From an uncultured delta proteobacterium (GTDB lineage: Bacteria; Desulfobacterota; Binatia; UBA9968): a stretch of 64,000 nt of DNA. The stretch is from positions 1,248,001 through 1,312,000 of the forward strand of contig CAVUVW010000013.1 in the NCBI GenBank assembly GCA_963745035.1, in the 5' to 3' direction. The position numbers and the translations under genes are program-made. Positions 29,761-39,328 of the stretch are shown piece by piece (positions within the stretch are counted from its first letter, which is position 1; each line of letters begins with the position of its first letter). The notes beneath the pieces were generated by a model that had not been told where the DNA came from, did no database searches, and worked only from the letters and a program-made list of their open reading frames with translations.

Positions 29761-29967
29761 ATGAAACGTTTTCTAGGTATTCTGGTTGCTTCTATGTTCC
29801 TGGCTTCTGCGGCCTATGCGGGCGAGGCGATGAAAGATGAGAAGAAGACCGACGCCAAAGCTTCTGAGAAGAAGGCGGAAGGCAAAGCGAAGGGCGACGA
29901 GAAGAAGGCCGAAGGCAAAGCTAAAAGCTCCGACACCAAGACGGACGAGAAGAAGTCAACCAAGTAA
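29761..29967 (+). CDS. Small secreted Lys/Glu-rich low-complexity protein
   Basis: AGGGGG RBS; signal peptide ending AYA; EKKAEGKAK repeated with a 33-nt period. Confidence 0.8.
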   Translation: MKRFLGILVASMFLASAAYAGEAMKDEKKTDAKASEKKAEGKAKGDEKKAEGKAKSSDTKTDEKKSTK

Positions 29968-30148
29968 TTTTTCTTCACAGAGCAAGGTGACCCTCCCCAC
30001 CTTGCTCGCCCATTTTCAACCTCCGTTTCGCTGCTGTCCTGCATTCGTGTTACCCATTCAGATTTTCCCGGGGCATCTTACTCGCCAATCGCCTGTTATT
30101 GTCATATCTTGAAAGCATGCGGACAGACCGTTGCAACTCGCGCGGCGC

Positions 30149-30185
30149 TGAATTTCTCGCGCCAGTAGGCGTCTATACGTAGACG
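30149..30185 (+). promoter_or_regulatory. Putative ECF-sigma promoter (TGAAT-16-CGTC) overlapped by inverted repeat CGTCTA-TACG-TAGACG
   Basis: Seen directly, about 75 nt upstream of the 30260 start. Confidence 0.4.
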
Positions 30186-30259
30186 GCTGATCACGTCGGG
30201 TGGAGGCGATTGGGTCGGCATCCATAAAACCGGCTACCAAAAATAAGGAGGCGATTATC

Positions 30260-30589
30260 ATGAAACGCATGCTCGCATTGTTTGTCATGGCGCTTTTCTT
30301 GAGCACGGCATCCTTGGCGGCGGCAAAAGATTACCAAGTCACCGGCCCCGTCGTTGACGTGAAGGATGATGTCATCATCGTTAAAAAGGGCAATGAGAAC
30401 TGGGAAATTGATCGTGACAAAAACACCAAGACCAGCGGGGATATCAAGAAAGGCGATCGGGTCATGATCAAATACAAGATGACTGCGACCAGCATCGAGG
30501 GCAAAGAGACCAAGGCCAAAGCGGATACAAAAGCCAAGACCGAGATGAAAACGGACACCAAGGCCAAATCCGAGGCCAAGACCAAGTAA
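30260..30589 (+). CDS. Small secreted beta-barrel (OB-fold-like) protein with Lys-rich tail
   Basis: AAGGAGG RBS; signal peptide; YQVTGPV...IKKGDRVMIKY; KAKT-type repeats. Confidence 0.8.
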   Translation: MKRMLALFVMALFLSTASLAAAKDYQVTGPVVDVKDDVIIVKKGNENWEIDRDKNTKTSGDIKKGDRVMIKYKMTATSIEGKETKAKADTKAKTEMKTDTKAKSEAKTK

Positions 30590-30620
30590 ATTCTGTCAGA
30601 ATATTCCCTCCACTTTGTGC

Positions 30621-30650
30621 GCAACGGGCCGTCCAAGGGCGGCCCGTTGC
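30621..30650 (+). terminator. Probable intrinsic terminator hairpin
   Basis: GCAACGGGCCG...CGGCCCGTTGC 11-bp stem followed by CGTTTCT. Confidence 0.6.
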
Positions 30651-30721
30651 CGTTTCTGGTCTTCCCTTTGATTTTCTCCCGCCATTTGATAGCGTGAGGA
30701 AAATCATCAGCAGGACGCGAC

Positions 30722-31432
30722 ATGGCTTCACACCCGGAAGTAACCATCGTTCATAGTTCGGACCTTCATCTCGGCACCGACGACAGCTTCAGCGACAAAG
30801 ATCGATTGGCGGTTCTCCCAAAAGTTCTGACCGCGGCCGCCGAAATCAACGCCGACGTGGTCCTGCTCGCCGGCGACTCCTTCGACAATCATCGCCAGCC
30901 CATTGAGCTTTTAAAGCGCGCCGGCCAAATGCTGTCCGAATACCGAAAGCCGGTGGTGATCCTGCCCGGCAATCACGATCCGCTCACGCCCGACTCGGTC
31001 TACCGGCGGGCCGGTCTGGGCGCGATCGCCAACGTGCGGATTCTCGGCTTGAACGTCGAGCAGGCGGCGTTATTCGACGAGCTCGAATTGGAGATCTGGG
31101 GCCACGCGCACTTCGACTACGCCGACATGTCGCCGCTCGCCAACCCGCGCCCGCGCACAACCCGCTGGCAGCTCGCGGCTGCCCACGGTCACTTCGTCGA
31201 TCAAGAGCGCGACCCGAACCGGCTGATCGGCTCCTGGCTCATTCATCCGGAAGAGCTCGCCGCAACCGGAGCCGACTACGTCGCCCTCGGGCACTGGAAT
31301 CAGGCGACTCCGGTCGGCGACGGGAAAATTTCCGCTCACTATTCCGGATCGCCGGAATATACCGGAACCGTCAACGTGGTGCGCCTGCGCCAGGACGGCA
31401 CCGTCGAAGTGAGCAAGGGCGCGTTGCGCTAA
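30722..31432 (+). CDS. Calcineurin-like metallophosphoesterase, SbcD/Mre11-like
   Basis: SDLHLG, AGDSFD, PGNHD, AHG, DYVALGHW, YSGSPE. Confidence 0.85.
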   Translation: MASHPEVTIVHSSDLHLGTDDSFSDKDRLAVLPKVLTAAAEINADVVLLAGDSFDNHRQPIELLKRAGQMLSEYRKPVVILPGNHDPLTPDSVYRRAGLGAIANVRILGLNVEQAALFDELELEIWGHAHFDYADMSPLANPRPRTTRWQLAAAHGHFVDQERDPNRLIGSWLIHPEELAATGADYVALGHWNQATPVGDGKISAHYSGSPEYTGTVNVVRLRQDGTVEVSKGALR

Positions 31433-31587
31433 CGGTCCTGCCGAGTTTGTTAGAAGCAGATCCCTAAGACCCTTCGGTCGGTAATTCCAACAAAGACGCT
31501 GCGAGCTAGTCTTCCAAAGACCAAGGACAAATCCGGTTAGTGAAGTTTACCTATCGGCTCATGAGAGAATGCGCCAAGGAGCGCGGC

Positions 31588-32646
31588 ATGCGTATCCAAC
31601 GGATTCTTTGCTCCCTGCTTGTTCTAACCACGATTGCTTCACTAGCCACGGAACTTTCAGCTCAAAGCACAGTTGATGAACGCGCGGGAGCGGATTTTTA
31701 CCGTGGTAAAACCGTGCGCATCGTCGTGGGTTTTCCGCCGGGCGGCGGCGCCGACGTCTATTCACGTTTGATCGCGCGCCATGTCGGGAGCTTTATTCCG
31801 GGCAATCCCACCGTTGCCGTCAGTAATATGCCCGGAGCCGGAAGCATCATCGCCGGCAACCACATTTTCAACAGCGGCGCCAAGGACGGCACCGAGATTG
31901 GCATGCTCAACGGCGCTGTGATTCTCGAGCAGCTTTTCGGAAGTCCGGGACTGCACTTCGATATGGCGAAGTTCCGCTATCTTGCCGTCCCGGTAAACGA
32001 AACTTATGTCATGATCGTCGCCCGCCACGCGGGCATAATGAAATTCAGCGAGCTCATTGGACCCCGTGCCAAGCAAGCCGTCGTCGGAGCGATACCGAAC
32101 TCGACTTTGGAACATGCTCCGGCGCTGCTGCGTGAGGCCTTGAGCGCGAATATCAAGATCGTCTCCGGTTACAAGGGCAGCGCGGATATTCGGCTGGCGA
32201 TCGACTCGGGCGAAGTCAACGGCTTTTTCAATCCATGGAGCACGATCAAGCCAACTGCCATGGACAAGTTCAAGTCGGGAGCTTGGCTAGTCCTCGCCCA
32301 ATTGACGGATCAGCCGCTACGCGATCTGCCCACCATAGATGTCCCGAACATTACTGCGCTAACGAAAGACGAGACACACAGGTCCCTGCTGCGATATGGG
32401 ACGAGCGCGCCAAACCAGTTCGGCAAAGTCTATATGCTCCCGCCGGGCGTTTCGCCGGAGCGCGCGGTTGCTCTGGAAGCGGCGTTTGCAAAAACTTTCG
32501 CCGATAGAAAATTTCTAGCGGACGCGGAGAAGAGCAATCTCGAAATCACACCGATCTTCGGCCCGGCTATTCAAGCGATCGTCAACGACTTCCTTGGTAT
32601 GCCGCCAGCGATCAAGGAAAGACTCAGCCGGGCCATCAAGAAATGA
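31588..32646 (+). CDS. TctC/Bug family substrate-binding protein
   Basis: FYRGKTVRIVVG, PGGGAD, NMPGAG, GYKGS, PPGV. Confidence 0.87.
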   Translation: MRIQRILCSLLVLTTIASLATELSAQSTVDERAGADFYRGKTVRIVVGFPPGGGADVYSRLIARHVGSFIPGNPTVAVSNMPGAGSIIAGNHIFNSGAKDGTEIGMLNGAVILEQLFGSPGLHFDMAKFRYLAVPVNETYVMIVARHAGIMKFSELIGPRAKQAVVGAIPNSTLEHAPALLREALSANIKIVSGYKGSADIRLAIDSGEVNGFFNPWSTIKPTAMDKFKSGAWLVLAQLTDQPLRDLPTIDVPNITALTKDETHRSLLRYGTSAPNQFGKVYMLPPGVSPERAVALEAAFAKTFADRKFLADAEKSNLEITPIFGPAIQAIVNDFLGMPPAIKERLSRAIKK

Positions 32647-32698
32647 GCCGTAAAGCTTGAGAAGTTGGGCTTTCTCCGATCTCCGACTTCCTGCTGCG

Positions 32699-33685
32699 TC
32701 AAGCCGGTAGCAGCAATCTTGCCTCGTCGGCGTCGACTACCGGATTCTTCGGCCGCTTGCTCTCCAGCACGCGAATCACCTCTTCCGCGGCGCCCCATTC
32801 GCCGCGCTGCGCCGCTTCCAACGTCATCGCGCCGATGTGCGGCGTCCAGAGCACGTTGTCGAGTTGGATCAGCGGATGGTTTTTTACCGGCGGCTCATCG
32901 GCGACAACATCCAGAGCGGCGCCCGCGATTTTCCTTTCGCGCAAGACGGCGCCCAAAGCTTCTTCATCGACGATGCCGCCGCGCGCGGCGTTGATGAGAA
33001 ATGCCGAAGGCTTCATGAGCGCGAGCTCTTTCTTGCCGATCATGCCTCTGGTCTCCCTGTTGAGCGGGCAATGAATCGTCACGAAGTCCGCGTCGGCCAG
33101 CAGCTCGTCGAGTTCGACCCATTTGCCGCCGAGCGAAGTTACGTGGGACACGGGAATGTAGGGATCGGCGACTTGCACGTCCATCTCGAACGCGCGCGCC
33201 CGCAGCGCCACGCGCATGCCGATGTTGCCCATGCCAACGATGCCGATTGTCTTGCCGGCAAGCTCGGTGCCGATGAACTTGAGATAATCGCTCCAGCGGT
33301 CTTCCCTGACCGCGCGATTCGCCGCATGCGTGTGGCGCACGAGCGCAAGCAGCTGACCGAACACCAACTCGGTCACCGACACGGAATTACTTCCCGGCTG
33401 GTTGGTCACCCAGATTTTGAGATCCTTGGCGGCTTCGAGATCGACTCTTGACGGGTCGACGCCGACGCCGGTGCGCGCGATGATCTTAAGCCGCCCGCCG
33501 TTGCGCTCCATCTGCTCGCGCGTGATTTTGCCCTTGCGGCTGATCACGGCATCCACCCGGGTGAGCTCCAGCTCCCAGCGCTGCGGCTCCACCCATGGAT
33601 TGACAACGACGAGCTCTACCCGCTCGCGCAGCCATTTGAGCACTTCCGGTTGAAACTCCTCGACCAGCACTCGCCCTAGTGCCAT
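32699..33685 (-). CDS. D-2-hydroxyacid dehydrogenase (SerA-like catalytic domain)
   Basis: RTGVGVD, GIVGMGNIG, HCPL, INAARGGIVDE, LDV, EP, TPHIG; GGAGG RBS. Confidence 0.9.
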   Translation of the reverse strand: MALGRVLVEEFQPEVLKWLRERVELVVVNPWVEPQRWELELTRVDAVISRKGKITREQMERNGGRLKIIARTGVGVDPSRVDLEAAKDLKIWVTNQPGSNSVSVTELVFGQLLALVRHTHAANRAVREDRWSDYLKFIGTELAGKTIGIVGMGNIGMRVALRARAFEMDVQVADPYIPVSHVTSLGGKWVELDELLADADFVTIHCPLNRETRGMIGKKELALMKPSAFLINAARGGIVDEEALGAVLRERKIAGAALDVVADEPPVKNHPLIQLDNVLWTPHIGAMTLEAAQRGEWGAAEEVIRVLESKRPKNPVVDADEARLLLPA

Positions 33686-33804
33686 AGTTTGCCTCCGTCG
33701 TTTTTGCGTGGTGTTTTTCTGGGGAATTGTAGTAAAAGCAGTATACAGTTTCACTCATTCTTTGTCCTCGATAAAGTCGGCGGCGTTTCTGCGGAGTTTA
33801 TTTT

Positions 33805-34779
33805 ATGAAGGCAATTCAAGTCGTGATCGGGACTCTGACGATCCTTCTTTCAACCCTTGCTTGGGCCGAGCAGGTCCGGACCGTGATACCGCGCGCAACC
33901 CTCAATTACTTGAGCGTGCCGGTGGCCGAAGTGAAAGGTTATTTTCGCGACCAGGGATTGGAGAACCAGACCATCGTCATTCCCGGCAGCACGGCGATTG
34001 CGGCGCTGGTGAGCGGCAACGTCGATTTCAGTGGCGCCGGAGGTACGGGCATGCGCGCAGCGCTGCGCGGCGCGCCGATCAAAGCGGTGATGTTCCAGAC
34101 AGAGAAAGTGACCTGGTATCTTTTGGCCGCGCCGGAGATCCAGAAGATCTCGGATCTTCGCGGCAAACGCATCGCCGTCGGCACCATCGGCGATACCCAG
34201 GACGCGCTCATCACCATGCTCGTCGAACGCGAAGGCGTTTCAGGAAAAGATCTCTCGCGCGTGGCGATGCCGGCACGCAACACGACCAATACGATATTGT
34301 CGCTCAAGACCGGCGCGTTCAGCGCCGCGGTCGTCAATGCCGACGAATCGCTGCTCGGCGAAAAAGAAGGACTGCGCACCCTGGCGTTTGTCGGCGATTT
34401 GTTCCCATATCCCTTTCAAGGTTTTGTCGCCACCGACAAAATGATCGCCGAGCGTCCCAACGATATCAAACGATGGCTTCGGCCCATGGCCCGCGCGCTC
34501 ATGTTCATCCGCGAGCGACCAGAGGAGGCTGCGGATATTGCGATGAAAAAAATCCCGATGGGCAACATGAGCCGGCCCCTGGTCATCGAAGGCATCCGGC
34601 GCTTCGCCAAGTCCCTGCCCGACGGCGTGCCGGGGCTGCCGACGCCGCAGGGAATCAAGAATTTGATGGAATTCGACGTCAAGGCGCCGCTCAAGATCAA
34701 AGAAGATATTCCGCCGGAAAAAGTCATGAACTTTAAACTGATGCGCGAGGTCAAGGAAGAATTGGAGAGTAAACGGTGA
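33805..34779 (+). CDS. ABC-type substrate-binding protein, SsuA/THI5-like
   Basis: Signal peptide; KGYFRDQGL, ALVSGNVDF, DLRGKRIAV. Confidence 0.85.
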   Translation: MKAIQVVIGTLTILLSTLAWAEQVRTVIPRATLNYLSVPVAEVKGYFRDQGLENQTIVIPGSTAIAALVSGNVDFSGAGGTGMRAALRGAPIKAVMFQTEKVTWYLLAAPEIQKISDLRGKRIAVGTIGDTQDALITMLVEREGVSGKDLSRVAMPARNTTNTILSLKTGAFSAAVVNADESLLGEKEGLRTLAFVGDLFPYPFQGFVATDKMIAERPNDIKRWLRPMARALMFIRERPEEAADIAMKKIPMGNMSRPLVIEGIRRFAKSLPDGVPGLPTPQGIKNLMEFDVKAPLKIKEDIPPEKVMNFKLMREVKEELESKR

Positions 34780-34803
34780 CGACGTCCGGTAAAAGATCAC
34801 CTA

Positions 34804-35810
34804 TGAAGCGAGTTCGAGCCTTCTCTCTACTATTCGCCTCATTTGTCCTACCGGTCCTACTCTTGTGCTCTTCAATCGCGCAGACCCAGGAGAAAAAAAA
34901 CCTCCGCATCGTCTTCGTCAGCCTGTCGTGGAACAACCAGCTCCCCTATCGCATCGCCATCGCCAAAGGTTTCTTCAAAGATCAGGGTCTGAGCGTCGAG
35001 CAGATTTTCGTCCGCGGCGGGCCGACGGCGATCGCCGCACTGATCTCCGGCAACGTCGACTTCGGCAGCATCGGCGGCGCCCAGGCGCCGATCCGTAGCA
35101 ACGCCCGCGGGCTCGACCTGCAGATCCTCGCCTCGCTGTCCAACTACACCAATTACACCCTGCTCGGCAGCAAAGAAGCCAAGAGCATCGAAGAGCTGCG
35201 CGGCAAGATCATCGGTGTCACCGGAGCCGGAGCCTACTCCGATTTCGCGATCCGGATATTTCTCAAACGCCACAACATCGACCCGGACCGCGATGTCACC
35301 CTGCGCGCCATCGGCGGCACGGCGCTGCGCGCGATCGCGCTCGAAAGAGGTGTTATCTCGGCGGCGCCCTTCACCGCTGAAGATACGATTCGCCTCATCG
35401 ACAAGGGATACCCCATGATCGTCAACTTGAACGAAGCGCTGCGCATCCCGCAGAGCATCCTGGTCACGCGCGGGGAACTGCTGCAAAAATATCCCGAGAC
35501 TTCCAAACGCTTTCTAAAGGCGATGATTCTCGGCATGCAGATCGCCAAGTACAACAAGAAGGAAGCCATCCAGATCGGCGTCGCGAGCGGCCTCCCTGGC
35601 GATCCCGACCTGATTCACCGCTCCTACGATCTTTTCAGTCCCGGCTACGCCGCCGATCTCTCGGTCGCCCACGACGGCATCCAGATCATGCTCGATGAGG
35701 ACGTCCGCGCCGGAGTGGTCGACAAGAAGTTTACCCTCGACCGCGTCGTAAACGAGCGCATTTTGAAACAGGCGCAGCTAGAATTGAAGAACGAAGGACG
35801 GCTCAAGTAG
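34804..35810 (+). CDS. ABC-type substrate-binding protein, SsuA/THI5-like
   Basis: Signal peptide; KGFFKDQGL, ALISGNVDF, ELRGKIIGV. Confidence 0.85.
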
Positions 35811-35882
35811 GCGCCCGATGAAAGACCTGTAGGCTCCCGGTCGAGGACGACATCACTATCTTCCAGCGCACAGAAAGAAGCG

Positions 35883-37007
35883 ATGATGAAATTGCCTGGT
35901 AGAATACTTCAAATCTGTGGGTTGTTTTTCTGGCTCTGCCTGGCGGCGGCGCAAGCCGCCGAACCGAGGCCGTCCTGGGAAGCGGAATGGGCCAAGACGA
36001 TTGAACTAGCCAGAAAAGAAGGTCAGCTCACGGTTTCCCATACGCGCGGCCCGTTCGATCAAGTTTTCGGCGATTTTGCCAAGCGTTATCCCGAGATCAA
36101 AGTCGTGTCGATCGCCGGGCGCGGCGGCGATCTGATTTCGCGCATCATGGCCGAGCGGCGCGCCGATAAATACCTGACGGATCTATATCTCGGCTCGTCG
36201 GGAACGCCGATGGACGTGCTCCATCCGGCAAAAGCCCTCGAGCCGGTGCCGAACTTCATGATCTTGCCCGAAGTCAAAGATCCGTTGAAGTGGTTTCGCA
36301 AGCAGCATCACTACGCCGATCCCGAGGCGAAACACATTCTCGTCTTTGAAGGCGTCGTCCGCTCCGACATGGCGTTCAACACCAACCTCGTCGACGTCAA
36401 GGAGTTCACGTCGTACTGGGATCTGGTGAAGCCCAAGTGGAAAGGGAAAATCGCCGCGATGGATCCCAAGCTGCCCGGTTTTCCCAGTGGGCTGCTGCAA
36501 TTTTCCTATTACCACCCCGACCTTGGCGTTAAATTCCTACGGCAACTGTTCGGCGAGATGGAGTTGACGGTGTCGCGCGAGGCGCGCCAGTTAGTCGATT
36601 GGCTGGCAGTCGGCAAGTTCGCCATCGCGCTCGCGCCCTCGGCCAGCGAAGTACAGGCAGCCAGCAAACAAGGCCTGCCCGTGGGACGCTTCGAGCCGCG
36701 CGCGTTCAAGGAAGGAATTTACATGCGCGCAACCCAGGGCTCGCTCAGCATTCTGACCCGCCAGCCCCATCCGCATACGACCAAAGTGTTCGTCAACTGG
36801 CTGCTCTCGCGCGAAGGCCAAACGGCGTATCAGAGGCATTTCTTGCGAATCGATCCGATCTTCAGCCTGAGAGAAGATGTCCCCGCCGATTCGTCGGTCG
36901 AGAGCTACCGCCCGAAAGCCGGAGATAAATTCATGGCGGTCTATCGAGCGGAATTCAGGGAGCTGGACGACGCCTACAAAGTCGTCGATGAAGCCTTGAA
37001 GCGTTAG
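35883..37007 (+). CDS. Extracellular solute-binding protein (Fe3+/thiamine/polyamine type)
   Basis: ARKEGQL, RIMAERRA, FNTNLV, DLVKPKWKGKI, FVNWLLSREGQ. Confidence 0.85.
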   Translation: MMKLPGRILQICGLFFWLCLAAAQAAEPRPSWEAEWAKTIELARKEGQLTVSHTRGPFDQVFGDFAKRYPEIKVVSIAGRGGDLISRIMAERRADKYLTDLYLGSSGTPMDVLHPAKALEPVPNFMILPEVKDPLKWFRKQHHYADPEAKHILVFEGVVRSDMAFNTNLVDVKEFTSYWDLVKPKWKGKIAAMDPKLPGFPSGLLQFSYYHPDLGVKFLRQLFGEMELTVSREARQLVDWLAVGKFAIALAPSASEVQAASKQGLPVGRFEPRAFKEGIYMRATQGSLSILTRQPHPHTTKVFVNWLLSREGQTAYQRHFLRIDPIFSLREDVPADSSVESYRPKAGDKFMAVYRAEFRELDDAYKVVDEALKR

Positions 37008-37059
37008 CTCGCCAAAAAAGCAGGTCCCGTCGGCTTTCCATAAAAATTGGCGATAAAGA

Positions 37060-37088
37060 TTACAAAAATCTTCTCTCTCTGCTATATT
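37060..37088 (+). promoter_or_regulatory. Putative sigma70 promoter for top6B-top6A
   Basis: TTACAA-17 nt-TATATT with an extended -10 TG, in an AT-rich intergenic region. Confidence 0.5.
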
Positions 37089-37276
37089 CGGCTAACCAGC
37101 CAGAATTGTGCAAGTAAGAATTCTGCGGTTCTCTTACCCAAAGTGCGGTTGTAAGTTTTGCGTGACGACTCGCTCATCCCTGAATTGCAACGCCGAGAAG
37201 TAGGCTCAGCGCGAGAGCTGCCGCGCTGCTCTCATTTCAGTTCTAACGTAACCTGATCCACGGAGACAGCAAAGAG

Positions 37277-39328
37277 ATGGCCAAACCGATGCCCAAGTCC
37301 ATCAACGAAGCGGCTGAGCCGCCGCGAGAGCCGAAGACGGTCTCCGCCGCCGAGATGGGCGCGCGCCAGCGTGAGATTTCGGTTTCCGAATTTTTCACCA
37401 AAAACCGCCACCTGTTGGGCTTCGACAACCCGCGCAAGGCGCTGCTCACGTGCGTCAAGGAAGCCGTCGACAATGCGCTCGACGCCTGCGAGGAGGCGGG
37501 TATCTTGCCCGAGGTCATCGTCAAGCTCGAAGTCGCTGCGAACGGCGGGCCGGCCGTCGCACCAAGCCAGGCCAGTCGCTTTCGCGTCACGGTGATCGAC
37601 TACGGACCGGGCATCGTGCGCCAGCAAATTCCGCGAATTTTCGCCAAGCTGCTCTACGGCTCGAAGTTTCATCGCCTGCGCATGAGCCGGGGCCAGCAAG
37701 GCATCGGGATTTCGGCCGCGGGCATGTACGCCCAACTCACCACCGGCAAACCGGTGCAGATCACGTCGCGCACCGGCGCGCGCACGCCGGCGCATTATTT
37801 CGAAGTGCAGATCGACACCAAGAAAAACGAGCCGCGCATCCTCGAAAAAAAAGAGACCGAGTGGGAAAACCACCGAGGCACCCAGGTGACTCTGGAGATC
37901 GAAGGGCGCTACCAACGAGGCCGCGCTTCGGTGGACGAGTATCTCGAGCAGACCGCCATCGCCAACCCGCACGTCAAGCTCGTCTACCACACGCCGGAAG
38001 GAGAAGTTAAGGAATACCCGCGCACCATCGAAGAGCTGCCGCCCCAGCCGCGCGAGATCAAGCCGCATCCTTACGGCATCGAGTTCGGCATCTTGCTAAG
38101 AATGCTGCACGACACCCGAAGCCCCTCGCTTGCGGGATTTTTAGCACACGATTTCAGCCGGGTTTCTTCGAACGTCGCGCAGGAAATTTGCAAGACAGCC
38201 AAGCTTTCGGCTGATTTGCGGCCGCGCAATATTCACGGCGCCGCCGCCGAAGCGCTTTACAAGGCGATTCAGGCTACGAAAATCATGGCGCCGCCGACCA
38301 ATTGCATTTCACCCATTGGCGAAAAGGCGATCCTCCACGGCCTCTACAAACAGATCAAGGGAGAATTTTATACCGCGGTGACGCGCCCGCCCGCGGTCTA
38401 TCGCGGCAATCCGTTTGCGATTGAAGCCGGCTTGGCCTTCGGCAAAGGACCTGAAGAAGCGAATGGTAAGGCTGAACGCCCCGCCCAACCACTCGCCGAA
38501 GGCGAGGAGCGGGACGACAACAACGAGTTGGCGAGCGTCATTCGCTACGCCAATCGCGTGCCGCTGCTCTACCAGCAGTCGGCCTGCGCCACGTTCAAGG
38601 CCGTGCTCGACACGAGTTGGCGGAACTACGGCGTTGGCCAATCGCGCGGCGCTCTGCCCGCCGGACCGATGGTAATCTTTGTCCACATGGCCTCGGTCTG
38701 GGTGCCGTTCACCAGCGAGTCCAAGGAAGCGATCGCCGACTACGACGAGATCCGCAAAGAAATCAAGCTCGCGCTCCAGGAGTGCGGCCGGCGCCTCGGC
38801 ATGTTTCTACGACGCCGCGAGCGCGCCAAGAGCGAGTTTCGCCGCCGCAACATCTTCGAGCTTTATATCGAAGAAGTCGTCGAGGCGTGCAACCGGCTCA
38901 AGGGCGGCAAGCTCCCCAAGGAAAAACTGAAAGAACAGCTGCAGAAAATCGCCATGAAGCGAACCGGCGGCGAAAAGACCGATGAAATCCTCGGCTATGA
39001 CGGCGGCGGTCCGGAGGGCTTGCCTCATTCGATTATCGTCACGCCGGAGGGGACCGAAGGCGATGCGCCGGTGATCGAAGGCAGAGACGAGGTTTTGCCT
39101 CGGCAAGAAGAACTGCTCGAAACAGAAGGCAACGAATCGGAGCCCCCGGCCAAAGCGTCGAGGAGAAAAACGAAGGCAAAGGGAAACGTCGGTAAAGTCG
39201 CGCAGGCAAGCCGTTCGAAGTCGGAGAGCAGCAAGCAAATGAGTTTAGGTTTCGACGCTAGCGGAGCCGGCGAAAGGAACATCCGGAAGTCAGGGAAAAA
39301 AGATGGCGCGAAAAAAGCAAAAAAGTAA
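37277..39328 (+). CDS. top6B: DNA topoisomerase VI subunit B
   Basis: ISVSEFFTKNRHLLGF; GHKL motifs KEAVDNALDA, DYGPG, SRGQQGIGIS; IKPHPYG; transducer motifs YANRVPL and PFTSESKEAIA. Confidence 0.95.
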   Translation: MAKPMPKSINEAAEPPREPKTVSAAEMGARQREISVSEFFTKNRHLLGFDNPRKALLTCVKEAVDNALDACEEAGILPEVIVKLEVAANGGPAVAPSQASRFRVTVIDYGPGIVRQQIPRIFAKLLYGSKFHRLRMSRGQQGIGISAAGMYAQLTTGKPVQITSRTGARTPAHYFEVQIDTKKNEPRILEKKETEWENHRGTQVTLEIEGRYQRGRASVDEYLEQTAIANPHVKLVYHTPEGEVKEYPRTIEELPPQPREIKPHPYGIEFGILLRMLHDTRSPSLAGFLAHDFSRVSSNVAQEICKTAKLSADLRPRNIHGAAAEALYKAIQATKIMAPPTNCISPIGEKAILHGLYKQIKGEFYTAVTRPPAVYRGNPFAIEAGLAFGKGPEEANGKAERPAQPLAEGEERDDNNELASVIRYANRVPLLYQQSACATFKAVLDTSWRNYGVGQSRGALPAGPMVIFVHMASVWVPFTSESKEAIADYDEIRKEIKLALQECGRRLGMFLRRRERAKSEFRRRNIFELYIEEVVEACNRLKGGKLPKEKLKEQLQKIAMKRTGGEKTDEILGYDGGGPEGLPHSIIVTPEGTEGDAPVIEGRDEVLPRQEELLETEGNESEPPAKASRRKTKAKGNVGKVAQASRSKSESSKQMSLGFDASGAGERNIRKSGKKDGAKKAKK

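Noticed and set aside
29839-30589. Short direct repeats as a possible CRISPR array or VNTR
   Set aside because: They are in-frame coding repeats of Lys-rich peptides, with no repeat-spacer structure and no cas genes.
37090-37276. Long top6B leader as a riboswitch or ncRNA
   Set aside because: Only a short GC hairpin (about 37207-37228) is visible, with no recognisable RNA family consensus; an Rfam search would be needed.
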